This document shows positions 50,015-61,217 of a stretch of DNA of 64,000 nt, piece after piece. The position numbers were made by a program, and so were the translations under genes. Each line of letters starts with the position of its first letter. The first letter of the stretch is position 1. The DNA is from Klebsormidium nitens (taxonomy: Eukaryota > Plantae > Klebsormidiophyceae): positions 62,001 through 126,000 of the forward strand of contig DF237184.1 in the NCBI GenBank assembly GCA_000708835.1, written 5' to 3'. The notes below the pieces were generated by a model that saw only the letters and a list, made by a program, of their open reading frames with translations, made no database searches and was not told the DNA's origin.

Positions 50015-50571
50015 TTGGAAGCACAGCGAATGTCTATTTGTTAGTTTCTGCGTCTCTGCAGATTGAAATGGGCCTGGTGCCACCTCCTTTTCATGCAATG
50101 GCGATTCTGCCAAAACCTTGGTTTGGATTCGGAATGCGAACTCCTCTTGGATCACTTTCCCTGCTGCCTGTCGCCAGTCACGCCACCCTAGGACTCGGAG
50201 GAGCAAGACTCAAGGGTCTAGTTCTAAAATATCATCGCCCACTGTTGAGCGGACTTGTGCGTTTTTTAGAAACGGGACTCTCACCTGCAGCAGCAACGTT
50301 CTCTCATGAAGGACGAGACCGGTCCTGCTGGGTCCTGCTCACCCCAGCTGAGAGCTCACCCTGTGCTCACCACACTGATTTTTCACACTGCCAGTGGAGG
50401 CCAGACTTAGCCGCAGCGCTGCGCGTAGCGCCGTAGCCGCTGTAGCTCGGATTGGTACAGGGGAAGAGATTGAGCTGGGTGTCTGTGAAGGACGATTGAT
50501 AGACTGTCACCAAGGCAAGAGTTCACATCGGCGCTGTAGGCGCCGCGCAGGCCCCACAGGCCCTTTTCAGC

Positions 50572-53500
50572 ATGGCGGCAAAAGTGACCATCGATGCTAA
50601 GACAATTCAGAGCGTGACTTTGTACACCTGGTTACCATGGTTCCTCCGGTTGGACGTCTGGCCCTTTGTGTCTTTCTACCTCGCCTGGGCGGGTTTCCTT
50701 GTTCCCAGACTCGACAGGACCGGTAGTTTTGTCTGCCTGATGTTGATTATCGTCGTCCACATCCTGACTGAGCTGTTCACATACTGGTCCATCAACTTCA
50801 AGGCCCTCGCGCTTTGTGCAAGAGTGAAGGAGATCAGGAAGGCGGAGGTTGTCAAGGTGGTCCCAAAGAAGTTCAGCGGTCACACGGAGATTGTTCCGTT
50901 GAAAAGGAAGCGGCTGGGGGGGTATGGCGGCGAAGAGGAGATCAGTTTCCAGTACAGGTAAATAGGAGGATGAGATTGGAACCGCAGACAATCAGCCAGT
51001 CCGCTCTGACTTGGGAACATTGTTTGTTGGCAGAGGTGGTCACTCACAGCAGCATTGATATGTTGGTGGTACTATGGCAGGATCCTGATTCATGTGCTTT
51101 GTTACCTTTCAATTGACCCATTGATTCTCAACTTTGCTCAAAGGATATACTGATTGCACTCAGATCTACGTTCCTTCTAGCCGGCTTTCCCTTTCAAAGT
51201 CGCCCTCGCCGCTGTGTTGTCCTTACAAGGTCACTTTCTGATTTCTACCACTGAAGTGATTCACATGAAGCAATTTCAATCAAGGCGCTGGGCAACCTGT
51301 CTCCTCACAAGCGCATCGGCCACGAACCGGCATACTTATATCATGATCCTGCCTCTCCTGCTGCAGGAAGCAGCGATTCATCTACAGCCGTTCCGAGGCC
51401 ATCTTCCGCAAGCTCGACTTCCCAACGAAGTGGATGTTCAAAGAGTACCTGAGGACGCAAGGCCACGAGACGGAAGCAAAAGCAAAGGCGGCGTTTGACA
51501 AATGGGGACGGAACGCCTTCGAGTTCCCGGCCCCCAATTTCCTGAGCCTATACAAGGAGCAGTGCATGGAGCCATTCTTTGTGTTCCAGGTATGACCTTG
51601 GGGGGTTCTGTGTTCCAGAATTCAATCACCTGAGCCCTTCCAGACGGTTTATTGCGTCGTCAAGCATTTGAAAAAGCCTGTTGTTGCATACTTTTCCCAT
51701 AATCGCTCGGAGAGCACAAAAGGAGTCTGCACACTGCTATTATGTTGACAGCAGCAACCGCATGCTGGTGGCAGACATGATACATCATCGTGATTGCAAA
51801 GAGCATGCCCTTACTGCAAGTTTATGCGTCGATTCTGGAGAACACTGTCCAAGAAAGCTCTGCCCCCAAGCAGTCAGTACTGATAGGTTACAACATGTGA
51901 CCATGTCAGATCATCAAGTTGGAAGGGCAATTGTCGCCCCCGCAATTTAAGTTCACAACTCTCTGTGAGAGATCTGGAAAATAGATGAGGATAGAGGAAC
52001 TCTTTTTGAGATATACAAGTCACTGCGCAGGTGTTTTGTGTGGCGCTCTGGTGCATGGACGAGTACTGGTACTACAGCATCTTCACGCTGTTCATGCTGC
52101 TCCTCTTTGAGGGCACCGTCGTCTCGAGCCGCCTGCGCACGCTGCAGGAGCTGCGCCGCGTTAGAGTCGACTCACAAGGCCTCATGGTCTTCAGGTCAGT
52201 GCTTGGAGGCTGCGCTGTTGGCCACCTCTCGCTTTGATGAGAACACGTAAGTTAGGTCCTGCGTTGCTGGTGTCAATCTATGATTTTAGGGCCTTCTTTT
52301 CAAGTTTTAGGTCAGTCCTCCGAGGTTGCTGTGCTGGCCACCTTCCAGGTTGATCGGAACTTCGCATTGTTGATTCCTTGCCTCGTTAAAAACTGTTCAC
52401 AATCCCTTGGGTCCTTCTTGTTGGTTCTACCCTCGGCACATCGTGGCTTACATAGAGATTACAGTCGGTATCGAGGCAGTGGGGCCTCGTTGGTGACTCA
52501 GGCGAGTTCGTCACCTTGGTTCTCGGCGTCTTTCCCATGCTGGTCGGCGGCTTTCCATCCGACCTTTACGCCTCTATGTAGGTTGCAAACCATTACGCAC
52601 TTGTGTAAGTCGCAAACCGCATTTGTAGTGTACCAAGCTGATTACTCTTCTTCTCCTGCACCCCCCTTCAACCACCCCCTCCTGTATTGACACCGACACA
52701 CGTGCAGGGCGCACCGATGGATCCGTCTCCAGGGCGACCAGCTCGTCCCTGGCGACTTGGTGTCAATCGGCCGCCCCACAGGCCCGGGCGCCGAGGAGCG
52801 CACCGTTCCCGGGGACCTTCTACTTCTGGCCGGCACGGCGATCGCGAACGAGGCGCTGCTGACCGGCGAAAGCACACCCCAGTGGAAGACGCCGATTCTC
52901 GACGAGGATCCGAAACAGCAGCTGAGCATACGGAGAGATAAAGTGCATGTGCTGTTCGGCGGAACGAAGGTTTTGCAGCACACGGGTGACAAGTCGGCAC
53001 CCGTGCGGACGCCGGACGGGGGGTGCCTCGCAGTAGTGCTGCGGACGGGGTTCGACACGAGCCAGGGGAAGCTCATGCGGACCATCCTGTTCTCGCAGGT
53101 AGGGGCCGAGAAACTTTTGTTGGATTCTCGAAGAGAAAAACTTGGTGGCTTCTTCTTGAAGGAGAGAGTTGCGAAGCTGTTCACACCGAGGCATTGACCT
53201 TTATCTTTGCCCAATTAGTCTGCAGATTTGAACGTGATCTGCCATTCCTGATGATGGCGGAATCTTGTCAATGGGACATTGTCCTGAATTGACTAAGGAT
53301 TGTGTTGACGGGTGCAACTACAAGTAGTAAAACAGAGTGAACGATGTGTTGACGGATGCTCTTGTGAAGACAATTTCATGAGCGAAACTCTTCACCTACC
53401 TACCATTCCCGTCTTTCACCCGCAACTGTGTTTCCCTTTCACTCCAGGAGCGCGTGTCGGCCAACAACTGGGAGAGCGGCCTCTTCATCCTCTTCCTCGT

Positions 53501-56500
53501 CTTCTTCGCGCTCGCGGCCGCGTACTACGTCCTCATCAAGGGCCTCGAAGACCCCAACCGCAGCCGCTACAAGCTGCTCCTCAACTGCTCGCTCATCATT
53601 ACGTCAGTCATCCCCCCGGAACTCCCGATGGAGCTCAGCATCGCGGTGAACACGTCGCTCATCGCGCTCGCGCGCCGCGGGATCTTCTGCACGGAGCCGT
53701 TCCGGATTCCGTTCGGCGGAAAGGTCGACGTGTGCTGCTTCGACAAGACGGGGACGCTTACCAGCGATGATATGGAGTTTCTGGGCGTGACGGGGCTGGA
53801 CGGGAAGCAGGAAACCGGGGAGGCGAATGGAGGGCCCGGGGGCAGGTGAGAAGACGTGTCGATGATCTGGTGGTTTCGTAAGGCTGACTTCAAAGGTTGC
53901 TGGATTCGTCTAGCGGAAGTTTTGATTTGGTATAGGAGCGGATCCGTCTGCGACGGCCTGCCACTTCCGCTCTCTATCCATGCTGCACCCGATGTATTTC
54001 GGATACGGTCCTCGAACTTGGTCGGCCTCGATTCAGCTGCTAGTGTGCCTTTTGGTTGCCCGACTGTCCCGTCGTAGGCTATCAGCCTCCAAGCTGGGAT
54101 GGGAAACGTCGAAGGAGCGGGCAAAGTTGCAAATCCCTTTGCACTTGGACTCACTTGTTCCTTCTTTCGAAGCATGGCGCAGTGCCCTGACGTTCATTCA
54201 AGATCCGATACCTCTCTTCGAACCGCTCTTCGCCACGTCCCCTCAATTCCTCTCCTGACAGCTTGCCTGTCCCCTGCAGCTGCTCCGAGGAGCTTATTTC
54301 CGACCCGGCGACCCTCCCCGAGCTGTCCGTCTTCACCCTTGCCGCGTGCCACTCGCTCGTCTTCGTCGACGGGAAGCAGGTGAGGGTAGTCTCTAGATTA
54401 TTGTGGTAAGCCCAGGTCTGCATGGAAAACCTGCCCGAGAGGGGTAATTTGAAGGTTTAGGTCGGGTATGGGTGCAGAGCACGTAAACGTTGCTTTGGGT
54501 TTGTATTTGCATTGCTAGTTCTATTTCCCATGATTAGTCCGTCTACTCATTGTGAGTATCATCACAACACGTATGGTACTCAGTAGAAGCAAGAAGCTCA
54601 TACTAAGTGTGAATTGATGCAGGTGGGGGATCCCCTTGAGCAAGCAGCGCTGAAGGGCGTCGGTTGGAGCTACACGCAGGACGAGCGCGCGCTGGCCAAG
54701 ACTGGGAAGGGCCCGCAGCGGGGCGCGCAGATTGTACACCGGTTCCATTTTGCGAGCCACCTAAAGCGCATGTCGGTGCTCGCGAAGCTGCTGGAGGTGC
54801 CGCGGGAGCTGGCCGAGGGCTACTTTGTGCTGGTCAAGGTGAGGGCGGATAAAGGCATGCTGATGATCGGAGGGGGGGTGGGGGGCATTCCGCGTTGTTT
54901 GATGCGAGGTGGTATGCCGAGGGCTTCTTCTGCTCGTCGAAACGCGGAAGGATTGTCATTGTGCTGGGCAAGGTGACGGGGCAAAGATGGAGGGTTTCGC
55001 TTTGATCGATGCGGGACTTTAGGACCGAAGCCTACTTTGAGCTGGTAAACTCGTAGGCGGACCGGGCCAACATTCGCCAATCTGATGTTATCGGTTTCGT
55101 CACAATATGCGATCAGAACCTACGATCTCCCCCTGTTCGCTGTCAGGAGTAAAGCATTGGTACCTTCCCGAATCAGTGGGCTATGTTCGGTCACTGCGGA
55201 TTATTCCGTATGCTCTTGTTCGTCAAAAGAATGGCGGACCAGCCTACTCGGTTCTTCTCCCCGGAAAAGACGTGTTTTTGGTAACAAAATGGTCGAGTGC
55301 CTTCTTCTCCTCCAATCAATTCGCAGCATCCTGCTCACAATCCAAAGAAAATGTGTCCTAACCCTCTTTCCAAACCGTCTTGCAGGGCGCCCCCGAGACC
55401 ATCCAGGAACGCCTGGCCCACGTGCCCGCCGGCTACGAGGCCGCGTACAAGCGCTTCACGCGGCAGGGCTCGCGCGTTCTGACGCTCGCGTACAAGCACC
55501 TCCCCGACATGCCCGTCGGCGACCTCCGCTCGCTCGAGCGCGACGCCGCAGAATCTGACCTCACGTTCGCAGGGTTCGCTGTCTTCGCGTGCCCGCTGCG
55601 GAACGATTCCGCAGATGCGCTGTTGAGCCTGAAGAACTCGAGCCACGAGCTGGTGATGATCACGGGGGATCAAGCGCTCACGGCGTGCCACGTGGCAGCC
55701 CAGGTGCACATCGTAGACCGGCCGGTGCTGATCCTGACGGAGCGGAAGACGGGGGGTTGGGAGTGGTTGTCGCCGGATGAGGCGACTGCGGTGGAGTACG
55801 AGAAGGAAGGCGTGGAGGAGATTGCGTGCGAGTATGACCTCTGTGTGGCGGGCAAGGGGATCGAGATGCTGCAGCAAACAGGTGAGAATAGAGGGAAACC
55901 CTTACATAAGAGTCGTAAAGAATTGGAAGCTTTGCTCAGCACCCTTTCACCCTTTCAGTACCCCTTCACCCCACATGTTGTTCGGGAGCCGCAATGCGAT
56001 GTTAGTGCCCGATTTCATTGCAGTCATTCAATTTTGCATCAAACCAGGGTCTTTCAAGATCCTCGTTGACTCTTCAACCGTTTCTTATACTGTTATTGCA
56101 GGACTTGATCGCAGCAACAGAGGCTATTCGTCGCATTGACCTGTCGGAATATTGCCAGGTTGCAGTTGGATTCCTTGTATCAGAACTCTGGATGACTTAA
56201 ACGGCAGTTCAACACCTGCGCACGTTTTCCCCTTCAGGCGCCCTCCCGAGCGTCATTCCCCGGACCCAGGTCTTCGCCCGGGTCGCCCCCGAGCAAAAGG
56301 AGCTTATTCTCACCACGCTCAAGGAGTCCGGGCGCACCGCGCTGATGTGCGGGGACGGCACAAACGACGTGGGTGCGCTGAAACAGGCCCACGTGGGGGT
56401 GGCGCTCTTGAATGCGCCGATGCCAAAGAAGAAGGAGAAGAAAGAGGAGCCGGCGAGAACGGAGAGTGGGGCGTTGGCGGGGCCGTCGGAAGGGCCAGAG

Positions 56501-59500
56501 AAGAAGAGCCGAAAGAAAGAGATTGTGCCGGTGGGTCTGGGATGAGAAGACATTGCAAAGGGTCAACCCGGCTTGATTGGATCGTTACTGCTTGACATTG
56601 ATTTGAACAGCTGAAGAGGCGCAGTGCGGATGCAGCATTTCGTGGCCGCACACACTTTCATAGCTCGCATTTTGTGATTCCCAGATCATCATTTCAGAGA
56701 TCAAGTTGCGCAAGCATTGCGTTCCGTGGAGAGTGGCTTCGCTCGAAATTTTGCTTAATCAAAGAGGGTCAGACATTTCTCGGGAAAGCCAAACCAAAAA
56801 GTTCCTCCGTATAACAGCCTTATTGTGAGTTCTTCTGTGAACGTTGGCTTTCCTTGGACTTGCGTTTTGGGAGCCCCGGAGGTTCAAGTCGTGAGGATGC
56901 CAAGTCAAAAGGATCTCCGTGCAGCGACCAACCAAGTTCCATTCCGCTTGCAGTCGACCGGTCCCGACGCCCCCGGCAAGGAACTTACCCCGAGCGCCGC
57001 CCGCCTCAAGGCCCGGCAAGAGAAGTCGAAAAGCGGCAGCAGAATCTACAAGAGCAGATTTCGAATTGCTAAGGAGTTCCTGCTTTCTCGGCATGACATC
57101 TCAACCAGATTCCTCCCCGGTGCAGTCAACCGTTCCCGACGCCCTCGGCAAGGAACTCACCCCGAGCGCCGCGCGGCTCAAGGCCCGGGAAGAGAAGCTC
57201 GCAAAGCAGCAGCAGCATCTACAAGAATTGTTAAAGATCCCGTACTTTTTCTCGGCATGACATCTCAACCAAAGTTTTTCCCGGTGCAGTCAACCGGTCC
57301 CGACGGCCGCGGCAAGGAGCTCTCCCCGAGCGCCGCCCGGCTCAAGGCCCGCCAAGACAAACTTGCAAAGCAGCAGCAGCATCTACAGGAGCAGCTGGCG
57401 AAGCTGAAAGAGGAAGGGGAGCCCAATATGGTGCGCCTGGGGGACGCGTCCATGGCGGCCGCGTTCACGGCCAAGCACGCGAGCGTCATGCCCACGACCG
57501 ACATCATCCGGCAGGGGCGATGCACGCTTGTCACCACGCTGCAGGTGCACGGACGGCTAGTGTTTCTATTTATCTGGTTTGATTTATACGTTCTGCATGT
57601 GATGTTCGCTCGACGTGGTTCTTGTGACGTGGGTTCTTGTGCTCTGTCCGTCCGCGGAGAGAGACTGGAGAGAATGGACGAAGATTGGATTCAAAGAGAA
57701 AGTGGACGTATTTTCACATACACGGATCCGGGAAGCGCCTTGCGAGATTTGAAGAATTTTGGCACACGTAAGCTGCCGTCAGCTTTCTTTCAAATTCTAT
57801 CCAGGTTGGTTCTGGGCCGCAAGTGTTTTGCTACACGTTGAGAAGATTTCTGCTTGTCCAAGGTTTCACTCTCGCTCGGAGGGGGGACCAGTCCCGAGAA
57901 TGGTTCTTTCGCACTCGTTTCAAACCCAAGATGTCAAAATTTGATCCCCAAATTCATAGAATTCGAACTCTTCGTGCGCAGATGTTCAAGATCCTGGGCC
58001 TCAACTGCCTGGCAACGGCTTACGTGCTGAGCGTGATGTACCTGGACGGCGTGAAGCTGGGCGACGTGCAGGCGACGATCGGGGGCATGTTCACCGCGGC
58101 CTTCTTCATGTTCCTCTCCAACGCCAAGCCCCTCGAGACGCTCTCGCGCGAGCGGCCGCACCCCAACATCTTCTCGCTGTGAGTTTCTTCTTCTCCTGTA
58201 ATAGATCTCGCTTTGCTTTTTTCCTCTTACGGTATCGAGCGTGAAGAAGGTGCTTTCACAAGTGTTAGAACAAGTCTTACCTGCGCGGTTTGGGGGCACC
58301 GCCTCTTTCCGGTAGGAGCGTTGCCTATTTTCGGTTTCCTCTCCAAACCCCTCCGCATGCCTTTGACAGAGCGCCCACACCCCAACATCTTCTTACTGTG
58401 AGGACCTCCCCTGTGCCCAATTTAGGACGTCTTGGGTCGCGTGCTTTGAACAAGGCATTCTTGTGCCTGCAGGGACGCCAATGCTACAGAATCGTTCTGA
58501 GAAGTTTTGCTTTTTTCCTTCCCTTTCCCATTTGCGTGTGCTGACGCCGCTCGATCTTGCGTTCCTCTAGGGACGCCATTCTGTCGTTGCTGGGCATCAC
58601 GTTCAGTCTCTGTCTTCATTCATGCACTGTGTGCTGACGTGAATTTTTCTCTATGCTGACGTCACTGGACATCGTTTTACCTCCAGGTACGTCATCCTGT
58701 CGTTGCTGGGCCAGTTCGCCATCCACATCACGTTCCTGATCACGGCCGTGCGCGGCGCGGCCGCCTACATGCCGGAGCAGTGCATCGAGCCGGACTCTAG
58801 CTTCAGCCCCAACCTAGTTAACACCGTCTCCTACATGGTCAACATGATGATCCAGGTACTGCCCATATGGACGTCATTATTCTCTGGCCGTAAGGCCGGC
58901 ATGTTGGTCTGTGTCATCATACCCTGTCTCTGACGTCAGGATGGCCGTTGACTTCAGCCTCCCTAGTTTTTCGCGCCAGCATTTTAAGCCTGACGTCAGC
59001 ATACGCGGTCCCTGGTGTCAGCTTGACATGGAACACCAGCTCGGATCTGGTCAGCGAAACGGTCAGGTCGTACCACCAGAGACTGACCCTTTGCTGTCAG
59101 CTCAAATGTCGGGCCTCTGAACTAGGCGGCCGATCGTTCCTTGACAGTCGGTCACAAACCATTCGGTTTGAAAGCTTTGCTGTTGGGCCGCGTCTACTTT
59201 GCAAATTCTCTTGCGAACTATTTCCAATCTGTCTGTTCCGCCCTGTGGTTGGTTGAGGTCTCAACGTTTCTCTTACGCTAGAACCATTTTCTTTTACCAC
59301 CCTGGTTTGGAAACCTGGTTGGGTCGGTTGGGATATTGAATGAATGGCTGATGTTGACGTCACTCTTTTTCAATTCCAGGTGGCAACTTTTGCGGTGAAC
59401 TACGTGGGCCACCCGTTCAACGCGAGCATCACCGAGAACAAGCCCTTCTACTACGCGCTCCTTTCGGCCGGCGTCTTCTTCTGGGTGGTGAGCGCGTTTG

Positions 59501-60162
59501 CCTTTGCTGGAGCGACGCTGGCTTGTGACTTGCGATGTCGCTTGGAGATTGAGGTGTCACCAGGGATGTTGAACGAGATCAAAATGGACACAACGTTTAG
59601 TAAGGGCGGTTCGAGAATCGTTCGAGACCAGCGAGTAATGTCAAAAAACCTTGCTGGTGGTCGTTCTTGGCAGAAATAGCCGCCACTTATCTGTGGCGGA
59701 GTGCTCAGTGATAGAAAGTACCTAAGGTTACGTGGTCTTGGCAGGCCGGGATGGTCCCTGGCAGCTCGTCCGTGAGGGTCTTTACGACTCCTTCGTGACA
59801 TGGGTTTAGTATGGTACCGATAACCAACTTTGTTGACTCTCGAGCTTCTTCATTGCTCGGGTATCCCTCCACCCGGCAGCGGTCCGGACAAACTCTCTGT
59901 TTGTCTTATCCTTGATCGTTCTCTATTCGCGTTGCAGCTCACGTCGGACACCATTCGGCCCCTGAACGACTACATGGAGCTCGTGCCCTTGCCCCGGGAC
60001 TTCGGCAACACGCTGCTCCTCATGTCCGCCTTGGACTTTGCGCTCGCCTATTTTTTGGAGAGGGTGCTTCGCAAGCTGCTCCCAGCAAAGATACCGAGCA
60101 GCCACAAGGGTCAGTCAAGTAAAGCGGATAAAAACCTGCTCGAAGCGAAGAAAGTCAATTAG
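50572..60162 (+). CDS. PDR2: P5A-type ATPase (PDR2/Spf1/ATP13A1 family)
   Basis: [31 protein letters not shown]4 motif [12 protein letters not shown], phosphorylation motif [92 protein letters not shown]. Confidence 0.96.
56940..57380 (+). repeat. Triplicated acceptor plus exon start in the P5A-ATPase gene
   Basis: Units start after tgcag at 56954, 57126 and 57290 ([24 protein letters not shown] / [33 protein letters not shown] / [33 protein letters not shown]). Only the last continues into the conserved [10 protein letters not shown]. Confidence 0.92.
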
Positions 60163-60912
60163 CCCACGATTATTCATCTTTAAGGCGCCTGGCCCATGAT
60201 CGGTCTTGGTGCTGGCAATCGTTGCACAAGTCTATTCCGGATGCGAGTCACAAGTGGAAACAAGGCTTCTGAGGTTGAGAATCATAATCGTGCAGGCCAA
60301 AACCTGTACATGTACCATTCTTGCAATTTAATGAACACCGTATCTGCTCGGGCAAATAAATTCCTTGACGATCAACTAAGTTCGTACATTCTACGAGATG
60401 CATGGCCGGGCAGCTTGATATTCGTTTATATTCTACATGAGTGTTGGAATCAAGTCTGCCAAGGCAGAGGTCTTGTTGGAACTCAAAATTAGTCTCATTC
60501 GTCTATATAGTAAAGATTACGGGCATATTCGAGTAAAAGCGCAGTTTTGTGGTCAATACAAGTTGAGTGACCACGAGAGGATTTGCTTATAACACTGCAC
60601 ACCAATGTGCCTCATATATGCATGCCAGCAATAGCGGTTTGCGTGAAACCTGTCACGAAGTGATTTAATTAAAGCGAGTGCATGCAGAAGGCTCACTTGC
60701 CGACACAGCGTGCGGAATCGCAAGCGCGCACGTGCCAGCTGTGCACGATCAGTGACGTCACCACCTCCCCGCCGCAAACCCTGAACCTCGCTCGAGTCAG
60801 GATCGACGGTCTGCCCTGCGGCGGCCGGCCGCCTAGAGCGTGCGCCTAGCTCTTGACACCAGCTCCGAATCGCATTTATAAGCTGAGCTGAGCTTAGCTT
60901 TATATTGAGGCT

Positions 60913-60991
60913 TACCTGCTGAGCGAATAAAGGCCTGGCCGGAGTGGCTCCGTACCTGCTGAGCGAATAAAGGCCTCCCGGAGTGGCTCCG
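60913..60991. repeat. 40/39-bp tandem duplication
   Basis: tacctgctgagcgaataaaggcctggccggagtggctccg followed by tacctgctgagcgaataaaggcctcccggagtggctccg. Confidence 0.9.
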
Positions 60992-61217
60992 TACACAGTC
61001 ATCTTAGAAATTCCCATAATCGCGGCAGATATATATCCTGCCGCATTTTGAACAGAAGAATGTTGACGAGAAGTTGAGCAGTCCTCTCGCTCGTGCAGAA
61101 CAACGCCCTTGAAGTTGGGCATCGTCAATTCAGGAGCGATTCAACTCTCTGTGCCTTTCTTTTTTGTTGGACCGTGGACTCAAGTGAGTTTTGGTTTTGA
61201 GAGCTAGCCTAAGCCCC

